From Eledone cirrhosa (Eukaryota), in assembly GCA_964016885.1 (NCBI GenBank), contig OZ024740.1, positions 206,398,001-206,462,000 on the forward strand: DNA of 64,000 nt. Reading direction: 5' to 3'. The notes under the pieces are model-generated. The model was not told the origin of the DNA. It saw only the letters and a list, made by a program, of their open reading frames with translations, and did no database searches. This document shows, piece by piece, positions 14,601 to 26,260 of this stretch (position 1 is the first letter of the stretch; every line of letters starts with the position of its first letter). The position numbers and the translations under genes were made by a program.

Positions 14601-16390
14601 GTGATAGTGAGAAAGATGATGGTAGTAGTATAACAACTAATTGTGATAGTGGGAAAAGTGATGGTAGTAGTATAATAACTAATTGTAATAGTGGGAAAGG
14701 TGATGGGAGTAGTATAATAACTAATTGTGATAGTGGCACATGTGATGGTAGTGGTATAATAACTAATTGTGATAGTGGGAAAATGATGGGAGTAGTATAA
14801 TAACTAATTGTGATAGTGGGAAAGATGATGGGAGTAGTATAATAATTGTGATAGTGGGAAACATGATGGTAGTAGTATAATAACTAATTGTAATAGTGGG
14901 AAAGGTGATGGTAGTAGTATAATAACTAATTGTAATAGTGGGAAAGGTGATGGTAGTAGTATAATAACTAATTGTGATAGTGGGAAAGGTGATGGTAGTA
15001 GTATAATAACTAATCGTGATAGTGGGAAAGGTGATGGTAGTAGTATAATAACTAATTGTGATAGTGGGAAAGGTGATGGTAGTATTAAAATAACTAATTG
15101 TGATAGTGAGAAAGATGATGGTAGTAGTATAATAACTAATTGTGATAGTGGGAAAAGTGATGGTAGTAGTATAATAACTAATTGTAATAGTGGGAAAGGT
15201 GATGGGAGTAGTATAATAACTAATTGTGATAGTGGGAAAGGTGATGGTAGTAGTATAATAACTAATTGTGATAGTGGGAAAGGTGATGGTAGTGGTATAA
15301 TAACTAATTGTGATAGTGGGAAAAGTGATGGTAGTAGTATAATAACTAATTGTAATAGTGGGAAAGGTGGTGGGAGTAGTATAATAACTAATTGTGATAG
15401 TGGGAAAAGTGATGGTAGTAGTATAATAACTAATTGTGATAGCGGGAAAGGTGATGGTAGTAGTATAATAATTGTGATAGTGGGAAAGGTGATGGTAGTA
15501 GTATAATAACTAATTGTGATAGTGGGAAAGATGATGGTAGTAGTATAATAACTAATTGTGATAGTGGGAAATATGATGGGAGTAGTATAATAACTGTGAT
15601 AGTGGCACATGTGATGGTAGTGGTATAATAACTAATTGTGATAGTGGGAAAGATGATGGTAGTAGTATAATAACTAATTGTGATAGTGGGAAAGATGATG
15701 GGAGTAGTATAATAACTAATTGTAATAGTGGGAAAGGTGATGGTAGTAGTATAATAACTAATTGTGATAGTGGGAAAGGTGATGGTAGTAGTATAATAAC
15801 TCATTGTGATAGTGGGAAAGGTGATGGTAGTAGTATAATAACTAATTGTGATAGTGGGAAAGGTGATGGTAGTAGTATAATAACTCATTGTGATAGTGGG
15901 AAAGGTGATGGTACTAGTATAATAACTAATTGTGATAGTGGGAAAGGTGATGGTAGTAGTATAACAACTAATTGTGATAGTGGGAAATATGATGGGAGTA
16001 GTATAATAACTAATTGTGATAGTGGGAAAGGTGATGGTAGTAGTATAATAACTAATTGTGATAGTGGGAAAGGTGATAGTAGTAGTATTAATAACTAATT
16101 GTGATAGTGGGAAAGCTGATGGTAGTAGAATAATAACTAATTGTGATAGTGGGAAAGGTGATGGTAGTATAATAACTAATTGTGATAGTGGGAAAGGTGA
16201 TGGGAGTAGTATAATAACTAATTGTGATAGTGGGAAAGGTGATGGTAGTAGTATAATAACTAATTGTGATAGTGGGAAAGATGATGGGAGTAGTATAATA
16301 ACTAATTGTGATAGTAGGAAAGGTGATGGTAGTAGTATAATAACTAATTGTGATAGTGGGAAAGGTGATGGTAGTATATATAATAACTAA

Positions 16391-17175
16391 TGTTGTTTAC
16401 TCGAGAATGTTGTTTACTCGAGAATGTTGTTTACTCGAGAGAAGGCTATACGTTGATATGGTCACGTGATGCGCATGAAAGACGAAAGCTGTATAACAAA
16501 GTGCAGGGCAATAAAGATAGACGGTAGCTACTGAGTAGGCAGACCCAGAAAAACCTGGGACGAGCTGATAAATTCCGACCTCACACACTTACACCTCTCC
16601 AAGACAATGTCACTGGACCGAGACCTTTGGCGGTACTCAGTAATAGAGAAGACCCGCCTTACCTAAATACAAAGTAAAACCTACTACAGTCAGTAGGCAT
16701 CTCTAACAAAACACACCCCCGTCCCACCACCCCCACCCCATCCACACCGCCCCTTTCAATGTAAAGTTATGTTGGTGCCACAACATCCAGACCGAAACAA
16801 ATGAGATCGGGTAGGTGTCACGACAAAAAAAACCCACAGTCCACGCTGTAATGTGGCCATGTAGGCAACACGGTAAAAACCTCCCAGCCCCACACTGTAA
16901 ATGTGGTTGGTGTTAGGAAGGGCATCCAGCTGTAGAAAACCCGCCAGACAGTCCACGCTGTAATGTGGCCCTGTAGGCAACACGGTAAAAACCTCCCAGC
17001 GCGACACTGTAAATGTGGTTGGTGTTAGGAAGGGCATCCATCTGTAGAAAACCCGCCAGACAGTCCTATGCGAGCAAGACAATCACTCTTGCCTCAAGTG
17101 GGAAAACCCCCCGTCCAAACCCATGCAAGCGTGGAATACGGACGTTAAACGTTGATGATGATGATCATGATGATG
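16391..17175 (+). mobile_element. 5'-truncated RTE-clade LINE 3' end inserted in the satellite (copy 1)
   Basis: Translates to a degenerate RTE C-terminus (CCLLERRL.*YGHVMRMKDESCITKCRAIKIDGS..GRPRKTWDELINSDL...DRDLWR), then 3' UTR and (GAT)n tail; same family as 47105-47752. Confidence 0.9.
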
Positions 17176-19657
17176 AATTGTGATAGTGGGAAAGGTGATG
17201 GTAGTAGTATAATAACTAATTGTGATAGTGGGAAAGGTGATGGTAGTAGTATAATAATTGTGATAGTGGGAAAGGTCATGGTAGTAGTATAATAACTAAT
17301 TGTGATAGTGGGAAAGGTGATGGGAGTAGTATAATAATTGTGATAGTGGGAAAGGTGATGGTAGTAGTATAATAATTGTGATAGTGGGAAAGGTGATGGT
17401 AGTAGTATAATAACTAATTGTGATAGTGGGAAAGGTGATGGTAGTAGTATAATAATTGTGATAGTGGGAAGGTGATGGTAGTAGTATAATAACTAATCAT
17501 GATAGTGGGAAAGGTGATGGTAGTAGTATAATAACTAATTGTGATAGTGGGAAAGGTGATGGGAGTAGTATAATAATTGTGATAGTGGGAAAGGTGATGG
17601 TAGTAGTATAATAATTGTAATAGTGGGAAAGGTGATGGTAGTAGTATAATAACTAATTGTGATAGTGGGAAAGGTGATGGTAGTAGTATAATAACTAATC
17701 GTGATAGTGGGAAAGGTGATGGTAGTAGTATAATAACTAATTGTGATAGTGGGAAAGGTGATGGTAGTATTATAATAACTAATTGTGATAGTGAGAAAGA
17801 TGATGGTAGTAGTATAACAACTAATTGTGATAGTGGGAAAAGTGATGGTAGTAGTATAATAACTAATTGTAATAGTGGGAAAGGTGATGGGAGTAGTATA
17901 ATAACTAATTGTGATAGTGGCACATGTGATTGTAGTGGTATAATAACTAATTGTGATAGTGGGAAAATGATGGGAGTAGTATAATAACTAATTGTGATAG
18001 TGGGAAAGATGATGGGAGTAGTATAATAATTGTGATAGTGGGAAACATGATGGTAGTAGTATAATAACTAATTGTAATAGTGGGAAAGGTGATGGTAGTA
18101 GTATAATAACTAATTGTGATAGTGGGAAAGGTGATGGTAGTAGTATAATAACTAATCGTGATAGTGGGAAAGGTGATGGTAGTAGTATAATAACTAATTG
18201 TGATAGTGGGAAAGGTGATGGTAGTATTATAATAACTAATTGTGATAGTGAGAAAGATGATGGTAGTAGTATAATAACTAATTGTGATAGTGGGAAAAGT
18301 GATGGTAGTAGTATAATAACTAATTGTAATAGTGGGAAAGGTGATGGGAGTAGTATAATAACTAATTGTGATAGTGGGAAAAGTGATGGTAGTAGTATAA
18401 TAATTAATTGTAATAGTGGGAAAGGTGATGGGAGTAGTATAATAACTAATTGTGATAGTGGGAAAAGTGATGGTAGTAGTATAATAACTAATTGTGATAG
18501 CGGGAAAGGTGATGGTAGTAGTATAATAATTGTGATAGTGGGAAAGGTGATGGTAGTAGTATAATAACTAATTGTGATAGTGGGAAAGATGATGGTAGTA
18601 GTATAATAACTAATTGTGATAGTGGGAAATATGATGGGAGTAGTATAATAACTGTGATAGTGGCACATGTGATGGTAGTGGTATAATAACTAATTGTGAT
18701 AGTGGGAAAGATGATGGTAGTAGTATAATAACTAATTGTGATAGTGGGAAAGATGATGGGAGTAGTATAATAACTAATTGTAATAGTGGGAAAGGTGATG
18801 GTAGTAGTATAATAATTAATTGTGATAGTGGGAAAGGTGATTGTAGTAGTATAATAACTAATTGTGATAGTGGGAAAGGTGATGGTAGTAGTATAATAAC
18901 TAATTGTGATAGTGGGAAAGGTGATGGTAGTAGTATAATAACTAATTGTGATAGTGGGAAATATGATGGGAGTAGTATAATAACTAATTGTGATAGTGGG
19001 AAAAGTGATGGTAGTAGTATAATAACTAATTGTGATAGTGGGAAAGGTGATGGTAGTAGTATAATAACTCATTGTGATAGTGGGAAAGGTGATGGTAGTA
19101 GTATAATAACTAATTGTGATAGTGGGAAAGGTGATGGTAGTAGTATAATAACTCATTGTGATAGTGGGAAAGGTGATGGTACTAGTATAATAACTAATTG
19201 TGATAGTGGGAAAGGTGATGGTAGTAGTATAACAACTAATTGTGATAGTGGGAAATATGATGGGAGTAGTATAATAACTAATTGTGATAGTGGGAAAGGT
19301 GATGGTAGTAGTATAATAACTAATTGTGATAGTGGGAAAGGTGATAGTAGTAGTATAATAACTAATTGTGATAGTGGGAAAGCTGATGGTAGTAGAATAA
19401 TAACTAATTGTGATAGTGGGAAAGGTGATGGTAGTATAATAACTAATTGTGATAGTGGGAAAGGTGATGGGAGTAGTATAATAACTAATTGTGATAGTGG
19501 GAAAGGTGATGGTAGTAGTATAATAACTAATTGTGATAGTGGGAAAGATGATGGGAGTAGTATAATAACTAATTGTGATAGTAGGAAAGGTGATGGTAGT
19601 AGTATAATAACTAATTGTGATAGTGGGAAAGGTGATGGTAGTATATATAATAACTAA

Positions 19658-20442
19658 TGTTGTTTACTCGAGAATGTTGTTTACTCGAGAATGTTGTTTA
19701 CTCGAGAGAAGGCTATACGTTGATATGGTCACGTGATGCGCATGAAAGACGAAAGCTGTATAACAAAGTGCAGGGCAATAAAGATAGACGGTAGCTACTG
19801 AGTAGGCAGACCCAGAAAAACCTGGGACGAGCTGATAAATTCCGACCTCACACACTTACACCTCTCCAAGACAATGTCACTGGACCGAGACCTTTGGCGG
19901 TACTCAGTAATAGAGAAGACCCGCCTTACCTAAATACAAAGTAAAACCTACTACAGTCAGTAGGCATCTCTAACAAAACACACCCCCGTCCCACCACCCC
20001 CACCCCATCCACACCGCCCCTTTCAATGTAAAGTTATGTTGGTGCCACAACATCCAGACCGAAACAAATGAGATCGGGTAGGTGTCACGACAAAAAAAAC
20101 CCACAGTCCACGCTGTAATGTGGCCATGTAGGCAACACGGTAAAAACCTCCCAGCCCCACACTGTAAATGTGGTTGGTGTTAGGAAGGGCATCCAGCTGT
20201 AGAAAACCCGCCAGACAGTCCACGCTGTAATGTGGCCCTGTAGGCAACACGGTAAAAACCTCCCAGCGCGACACTGTAAATGTGGTTGGTGTTAGGAAGG
20301 GCATCCATCTGTAGAAAACCCGCCAGACAGTCCTATGCGAGCAAGACAATCACTCTTGCCTCAAGTGGGAAAACCCCCCGTCCAAACCCATGCAAGCGTG
20401 GAATACGGACGTTAAACGTTGATGATGATGATCATGATGATG
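19658..20442 (+). mobile_element. 5'-truncated RTE-clade LINE 3' end inserted in the satellite (copy 2)
   Basis: Appears identical to 16391-17175 at offset 3267 (identical ORFs 16397/19664 and 16756/20023), including both junctions. Confidence 0.9.
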
Positions 20443-21254
20443 AATTGTGATAGTGGGAAAGGTGATGGTAGTAGTATAATAACTAATTGTGATAGTGGGA
20501 AAGGTGATGGTAGTAGTATAATAATTGTGATAGTGGGAAAGGTCATGGTAGTAGTATAATAACTAATTGTGATAGTGGGAAAGGTGATGGTAGTAGTATA
20601 ATAATTGTGATAGTGGGAAGGTGATGGTAGTAGTATAATAACTAATCATGATAGTGGGAAAGGTGATGGGAGTAGTATAATAACTAATTGTTATAGTGGG
20701 AAAGGTGATGGTAGTAGTATAATAATTGTGATAGTGGGAAAGGTCATGGTAGTAGTATAATAACTAATTGTGATAGTGGAAAAGGTGATGGTAGTAGTAT
20801 AATAACTAATTGTGATAGTGGGAAAGGTGATGGTAGTAGTATAATAACTAATTGTGATAGTGGGAAAGGACATGTTAGTAGTATAATAACTAATTGGTAT
20901 AGTGGGAAAGGTGATGGTAGTAGTATAATAACTAATTGTGATAGTGGGAAAGGTGATGGTAGTAGTATAATAACTAATTGTGATAGTGGGAAAGGTGATG
21001 GTAGTAGTATAATAACTAATTGTGATAGTGGGAAAGATGATGGGAGTAGTATAATAACTAATTGTGATAGTGGGAAAGATGATGGGAGTAGTATAATAAC
21101 TAATTGTGATAGTGGGAAAGGTGATGGTAGTAGTATAATAACTAATTGTGATAGTGGGAAAGGTGATGGTAGTAGTATAATAACTAATTGTGATAGTGGG
21201 AAAGATGGTGGTAGTAGTATAATAACTAATTGTGATAGTGGGAAAGGTGATGGT

Positions 21255-21810
21255 AGTAGTATAACTAATTGTGATATTGGGAAAGGTTATGCTCTAGAAA
21301 GAAGGAACTATGGAGGATCAAGTTATGAAAGTAACACAGAAAGTGTTAGCACAATATAATAGTGAGAGATGGGAAGAGTGAGAAAGATGGAAGCAGTGAA
21401 CGAAAGAGAGAAAATAACTCTGTGTTTGATAGCTCTGACTTAAACTGAACGTGAAATACTCACTTATTAAATCAGATTTAGAGATTTCTAAACTGCAATA
21501 TTAGAGAAAGAGTCAATTAGATGAGATCTAGTTCGGCTTTGTACCAGGAAGAAGAACCACAGATGCCCTCTTCATAATGAGACAACTACAAGAGAAGTTC
21601 CTGGCTAAAGCATTGGTTGAAGATATGCTGAATGATCCTAAGGGAAAGTAACTGCAAAAAAACAGGACTAAAGTGGTGAGAGCTTATCTCAAATCACTGA
21701 ACCTAACAGAGATGATGAAGGAATGCAGCATGTAGAGGGAGACTATGCTGGAGAAAACTCATTCAACCCTTGCTAGCATGGAGAGGTGTAAGATGATAAT
21801 GATGATGATA
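21255..21810 (+). mobile_element. Degenerate, internally deleted RTE LINE: RT N-terminal motifs followed by 3' end and (GAT)n tail; contiguous with the last satellite monomer
   Basis: SSI-TNCDIGKGYALERRNY / EDQVMKVTQKVLAQ (to ~21355) and IRERV.LDEI*FGFVPGRRTTDALFIMRQLQEKFLAK (~21500-21609); 3' end cccttgctagcatgga...gatgataatgatgatgat. Confidence 0.8.
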
Positions 21811-21829
21811 TATCATATATATATATATG

Positions 21830-22422
21830 TGTGTAAAGTGGTTGTGGAGGTGTCACAACAAAAGACACCCAGCCCACACTGTTAAGTGGTTGTGTAGGTG
21901 TCACGACAAAAAGTACCTAGCCCACACTGGAAAGTGGTCGAATAGGTGTCACGACAAAAAGCATCCAACCCAGACCATAAAGTGGTTGTGTGTTATGACA
22001 AAAAGCACCCAGCCCACACTGTAAAATGGTTGTGTAGGTGTCACGACAAACAGCACCCAGTCTACACTGTAAAGTGGTCATGTAGGTGTCATGACAAATA
22101 ACACCCAGCCCACACTGTAAAATGGTCATGTAGGTGTCATGACAAATAACACCCAGTCTACACTGTAAAGTGGTCATGTAGGTGTCATGACAAAAAGCAC
22201 TCAGCCCACACTGTAAAATTGTTATGTAGGTGTTACGACAAAAAGCACGCAGTACACTGTAAATGTAGTTGGTGTTAGGAAAGGCATCCATCTGTATACA
22301 CTTAGCCAGAAACAGTTCAATACGAGCAAGACACGGTCACCTCGCATTGCTCACAACAGGACAACTCGTCTAACACATGCTCGCATGGAAAAATGGACAT
22401 TAAACGGTGATGATGATGATGA
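21830..22422 (+). mobile_element. SINE/RTE-type 3' tail with about nine tandem 48-bp internal repeats and (GAT)n end
   Basis: Unit ctgtaaagtggttgtgtaggtgtcacgacaaaaagcacccagcccaca repeated, then the gttggtgttaggaaaggcatcc motif shared with many dispersed copies in the window. Confidence 0.8.
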
Positions 22423-22435
22423 TAGATATATATAT

Positions 22436-22770
22436 ATCATCATTTAACGTCCACTTTTTCTACTAGCAAGGATTAGACGGGTCTACATAGACCAAGTGAT
22501 TACTGAAGTGGGGTCACTGACCTTCCAGACCGGCTGGAGGATCTGTATCTCACTTAAGTATTGTCTTGTGTTCTACCAAGTGCACAAGAGAGGTTGTCAT
22601 GTCTTTGACACAACTGAACAGTCCTCCTAAGCTTATGTTCGGCGTGCTTTCTATGGCTAGATGTCCTTCCTATCACCAACTACTTTACAGTGTGTACTGG
22701 GTATGTTTATTGTGTATATCAACACTAGAGAGGCTGTCATGTCCTTGACACAACTGAAAGGTCCTCTCAA
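22436..22770 (-). mobile_element. SINE/RTE-type 3' tail, tail-to-tail with the previous element
   Basis: (ATC)n-atttaacgtcc start and gctagatgtccttcctatcaccaac...tttacagtgtg motif on the reverse strand; internal ~130-bp duplication. Confidence 0.6.
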
Positions 22771-22792
22771 CCTTTTGTATGTAGAATATAAT

Positions 22793-22885
22793 TGTTGCTA
22801 CTTTTGGCACAAGGCCAGCAATTAATCCAGTGTATTACTGGTACTTTATTTTATCGACCCCGTAAGGATGAAAGGCAAAGTCAAC
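22793..22885 (-). mobile_element. 5'-truncated tRNA-derived SINE with 10-bp target-site duplication agaatataat
   Basis: Reverse complement of 22993-23090; agaatataat at 22783-22792 and 22886-22895. Confidence 0.8.
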
Positions 22886-22909
22886 AGAATATAATGTGTA
22901 ATAGATATA

Positions 22910-23090
22910 TTGGCAGTATCGGTAGAGGGTCGGACGCCATGCTTTCCAGCATAGTTACGTCCCTTTACAATCTGAGTTCAAATCTCGCCGAGGTTGACTT
23001 TGCCTTTCATCCTTACGGGGGTCGATAAAATAAAGTACCAGTAATACACTGGATTAATTGCTGGCCTTGTGCCAAAAGTAGCAACAATTA
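22910..23090 (+). mobile_element. tRNA-derived SINE (A box tggcagtatcggtagag, B box gagttcaaatc; body gcctttcatccttacggggtcgataaaataaagtacc resembling the Meta/MESC SINE domain)
   Basis: Pol III boxes and more than 10 related copies in the window; the domain assignment is from memory and unverified. Confidence 0.8.
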
Positions 23091-23439
23091 TAATTTTATA
23101 TGCATCGAACCCTATATTTTTGTGTCTGTTTTACTCTTTTCGTTATCCTCGATGCTAATTTTCATAATCACTCGTCAAATTGTGTAATATTTTCCATATT
23201 TATATTACTAACTCTACGCAAACATGTGTATATGTTTATATATATATCATAGTTTCCAACTTGGCATGCGTTAGACAATGTTTTGAGACGATATTTTACA
23301 GTACAGTCGGATGTCCTTCCTGATACCAACCCTTTTAGTTGACTCTTACGACACACCAGGATACAGTGTACCTATCCCCCCCCCCCCCCCCCCAAAAAAA
23401 AACCAGGATGCATACGGCAAACACACACATACATGTGTA

Positions 23440-23560
23440 TGTGGTCGGAAACCGGGACAACATTACCACCAGTCTTAGCTACAGAACGCAGTATAGGCAC
23501 GCTGAGAATTAAGGAAGCCCTCTTGATTAAGCAATTAAAACCTACGATCAATATATATAT
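23440..23560 (+). mobile_element. Penelope-like element fragment (GIY-YIG endonuclease C-terminus)
   Basis: 23472-23552 translates VLATERSIGTLRIKEALLIKQLKPTIN, matching the R.I.EAL.I....P..N ending typical of PLE GIY-YIG domains. Confidence 0.65.
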
Positions 23561-23653
23561 AAGAATAAAGCAGAAATAATTTGTACTAATTCTAGATTTT
23601 CTACCTTCTTTATTACTAATTATTATTATTACTAATCAATTAAAAGAAGTAGA

Positions 23654-23855
23654 TTGGCAGACACGTTACAAACAGCTTTGAGGCATTTAGTTACGTCCCT
23701 TTACGTTATCAGTTCAAATCCCGCTGAGGTTAACTTTGCCTCTCGTCCTTCCGAGATCGATAAAAATAAAGTACCAGTAAAATACTGTGGTCGATATAGT
23801 AGCCTTTCCCTTCCCTAAATTGCAGACTTTCTGCCTAAATTAGAAATTATTATTA
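23654..23855 (+). mobile_element. Diverged tRNA-derived SINE, same family as 22910
   Basis: ttggcaga...agttcaaatcccgctgaggttaactttgcc...gataaaaataaagtaccag. Confidence 0.7.
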
Positions 23856-23954
23856 CTAATCAGACCTTATATTTATGCAAAAATATACCATCATGTTTTG
23901 TTTTTTGTTTTTAAACAGTCAAAACCAAGCGTCCCACTTCACAAAAATGTTTAT

Positions 23955-25320
23955 GACTGCGCGCGCGCGCGCGTGTATATATGTGTGTGTGTGTATACAC
24001 CTACACACACACATATATATAATACATATGTAAACAACATAAATATGTGTGTGAGTACACCTACACACACTACATATAGTATGTGTGTAACATACTACAT
24101 GTAGTATGTGTGTGTGGACACTTACACACACACATATTACATATGATGTAAACATCACAAATATGTGTGAACATATACTACATGTATATGTGTGTATACG
24201 CATTACATGTAGCATGTGTGTGTGTACACACGCACATACATATTACATAGTTTGTATGTACACCTACACACCCATGTAGTATGTCTGTGTACTCGTACTA
24301 CACGCACATAGATGCAGTATGTGTGTGCACATACTACATACATATTACATATGATGTAAACAACACAAATAGGGATTTCATAAAAGAAATGAAAAACTCA
24401 GATATTTAATAAAATAGTAAGAATGATAACAATTATAATGATTATGGAAATAACAATGATGATAATTACAATGTGAACAATAATTAATAATAATTTCTTT
24501 CTCAAGACAAAAGGAACATTTTCCTCTTTTTTATTAGAATAGATTAAAATGACTTGTAGTTTTATATTACTGGTACTTCACTGACCCGGGATGACGATGG
24601 AAATGACGGAAATACTGATGTTGTTGTTGGTTTTAACAGTGATGGCAGCTTCATAAATTACTGAAGAGTGAGTCTACCTACTGAAGTCACACTGTTGTCT
24701 ACTTGGCAATATTATTTTACAATAGACGGGGGTCGAAATAATAGTCCTAACTTTATATATATACATTATATACATACGTGGTTATGTGTACGAGTGAATA
24801 AATCTACATAGATAGATAGATGTATGTGTAGATAGACAGATAGGTGTATAGATAGACAGATAAATACATAGATTGATGTATAAAAACACAGGCAGATAGA
24901 TGTGTTGATAGACAGATAAATGCATACGTAGCTAGGTGTATAGGCAGATATATGTGTACATAAACGGATATAAAGACATATAGATGTATAAAAACACAGG
25001 CAGATAGATGTGTTGATAGACAAATAAATACATAGATAGATAGATAGATAGACAGATAGATGTGTAAACAAATAGGTGTATAGACATATATATTTCATAG
25101 ACATATAAATACTTAGACAGATAGCTAAACAGACAAATGCATAGACAGATAGGTATATAGACAGATAGATGTGTAGATAGACAGATAAATACAGGTGTAT
25201 AGTCAGAGACAGATATTTATATACAAGACGGATAAATACATAGACAGATATATAATCAGACAAATAGGCTGATAAAGTAACAAGATAATCTAGTCAGATA
25301 CATAAACATTTCATAGATAA
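23955..25320. repeat. Degenerate (CG)/(TG)/(CA)/(TA) and (GATA/GACA) microsatellite fields
   Basis: Low-complexity runs at 23955-24370 and 24780-25320. Confidence 0.85.
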
Positions 25321-25869
25321 AAGAAAAGAAACTTTAAACAGATTTTTACAATCACTATGTAGAGAAAGATTGATATAGATATCTCCATAACTGCTATTGT
25401 TGTAGTTGCTGTGACTATAACTGACAAAAACACACAATACGGATATTAGCGAGAAAAATAAATTAGTGAAAGTAAAAATTATGACAATATCTTCATATGA
25501 CACTTACCACGAAAATTAACAGCCATACAATAATATCCCAACTGAAAAAAAACTTGGGCGTGTCGTTTTATTATTGTTTTTTCACATATATATTTATATA
25601 TAGATAAATAAATATATTTTCCTGGTGTTGATTAAATAAACTTAATCGTTTTATGTTTATATAAGTGGTGAAGAAGAAGAGCAGCTGTAATTTCTAATGA
25701 GGGATCTGACAGCAATGTAGTAGAGATCTGTTTAACAAGGAATACATGCCAAGCTGATGTTTACTCACCATCTCTGCCGTAAAGCGGTTCCTTCCTACAA
25801 ATTATCATTGCTCATCTTTGTCAACAGCAGCAGCTGCTGGTGTCTGCTTTTTCCTCCACACCAGCTGGA

Positions 25870-26260
25870 TATATGGTCACTCGTCCTGCTAGAAATAGCA
25901 GCCAAAATATCCCTCAAATCAATACAGGAAAGAAGAGAATGCTTTTGATTAGAGCCAGATCTAGGGCGAACCAACGTCGACCAACTGGAAAGACAGGTTA
26001 ATGTAAAAAGTCCCAATACGGTCACTCGTCCTGCTAGAAATAGTAGACAAAATATCCCTCAAATTACAACCCTAGTGTCTTAAATACAGGAGAGAAGAGA
26101 AAGCCTTTGGTCATAGATCTTCTCGATCAGAGCCGGATCTAGGGTGAAACAACTGGAAGAACGAGTTAATGTAAAAAAATTTCAATGTGGTCGCTCGTCT
26201 TGCTAGAAATAGCAGCCAAATCACCTTCAAATTACATCTTACAGTCTTAAAAAAAGGAAG
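25870..26260 (+). mobile_element. Three tandem partial copies of an unclassified SINE-like repeat (ggtcactcgtcctgctagaaatagcagccaaa...)
   Basis: Motif recurs at ~25875, ~26020 and ~26189; related pieces at ~27060-27135 (+), ~37520-37700 (-) and ~48660-48830 (-). Confidence 0.6.

Larger units (their letters stand above)
1..21290. repeat. 42-bp tandem satellite (consensus aactaattgtgatagtgggaaaggtgatggtagtagtataat) with frequent 38-bp variant lacking 4 nt; interrupted twice by a LINE 3' end; continues beyond window start
   Basis: Monomer directly visible hundreds of times; the ORF-track proteins here are 14-aa periodic translations of the monomer (IITNCDSGKGDGSS on +; YYTTTITFPTITIS and VIILLPSPFPLSQL on -). 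Confidence 0.99.

Noticed and set aside
1-21290. ORF-track proteins in the satellite
   Set aside because: The 42-bp period is a multiple of 3, so stop-free frames arise automatically; 38-bp units shift frame constantly and there are no gene signals.
1-21290. CRISPR array, telomeric repeat or G-quadruplex array
   Set aside because: No unique spacers or cas genes, no TTAGGG-type unit, and usually only one or two GGG runs per monomer.
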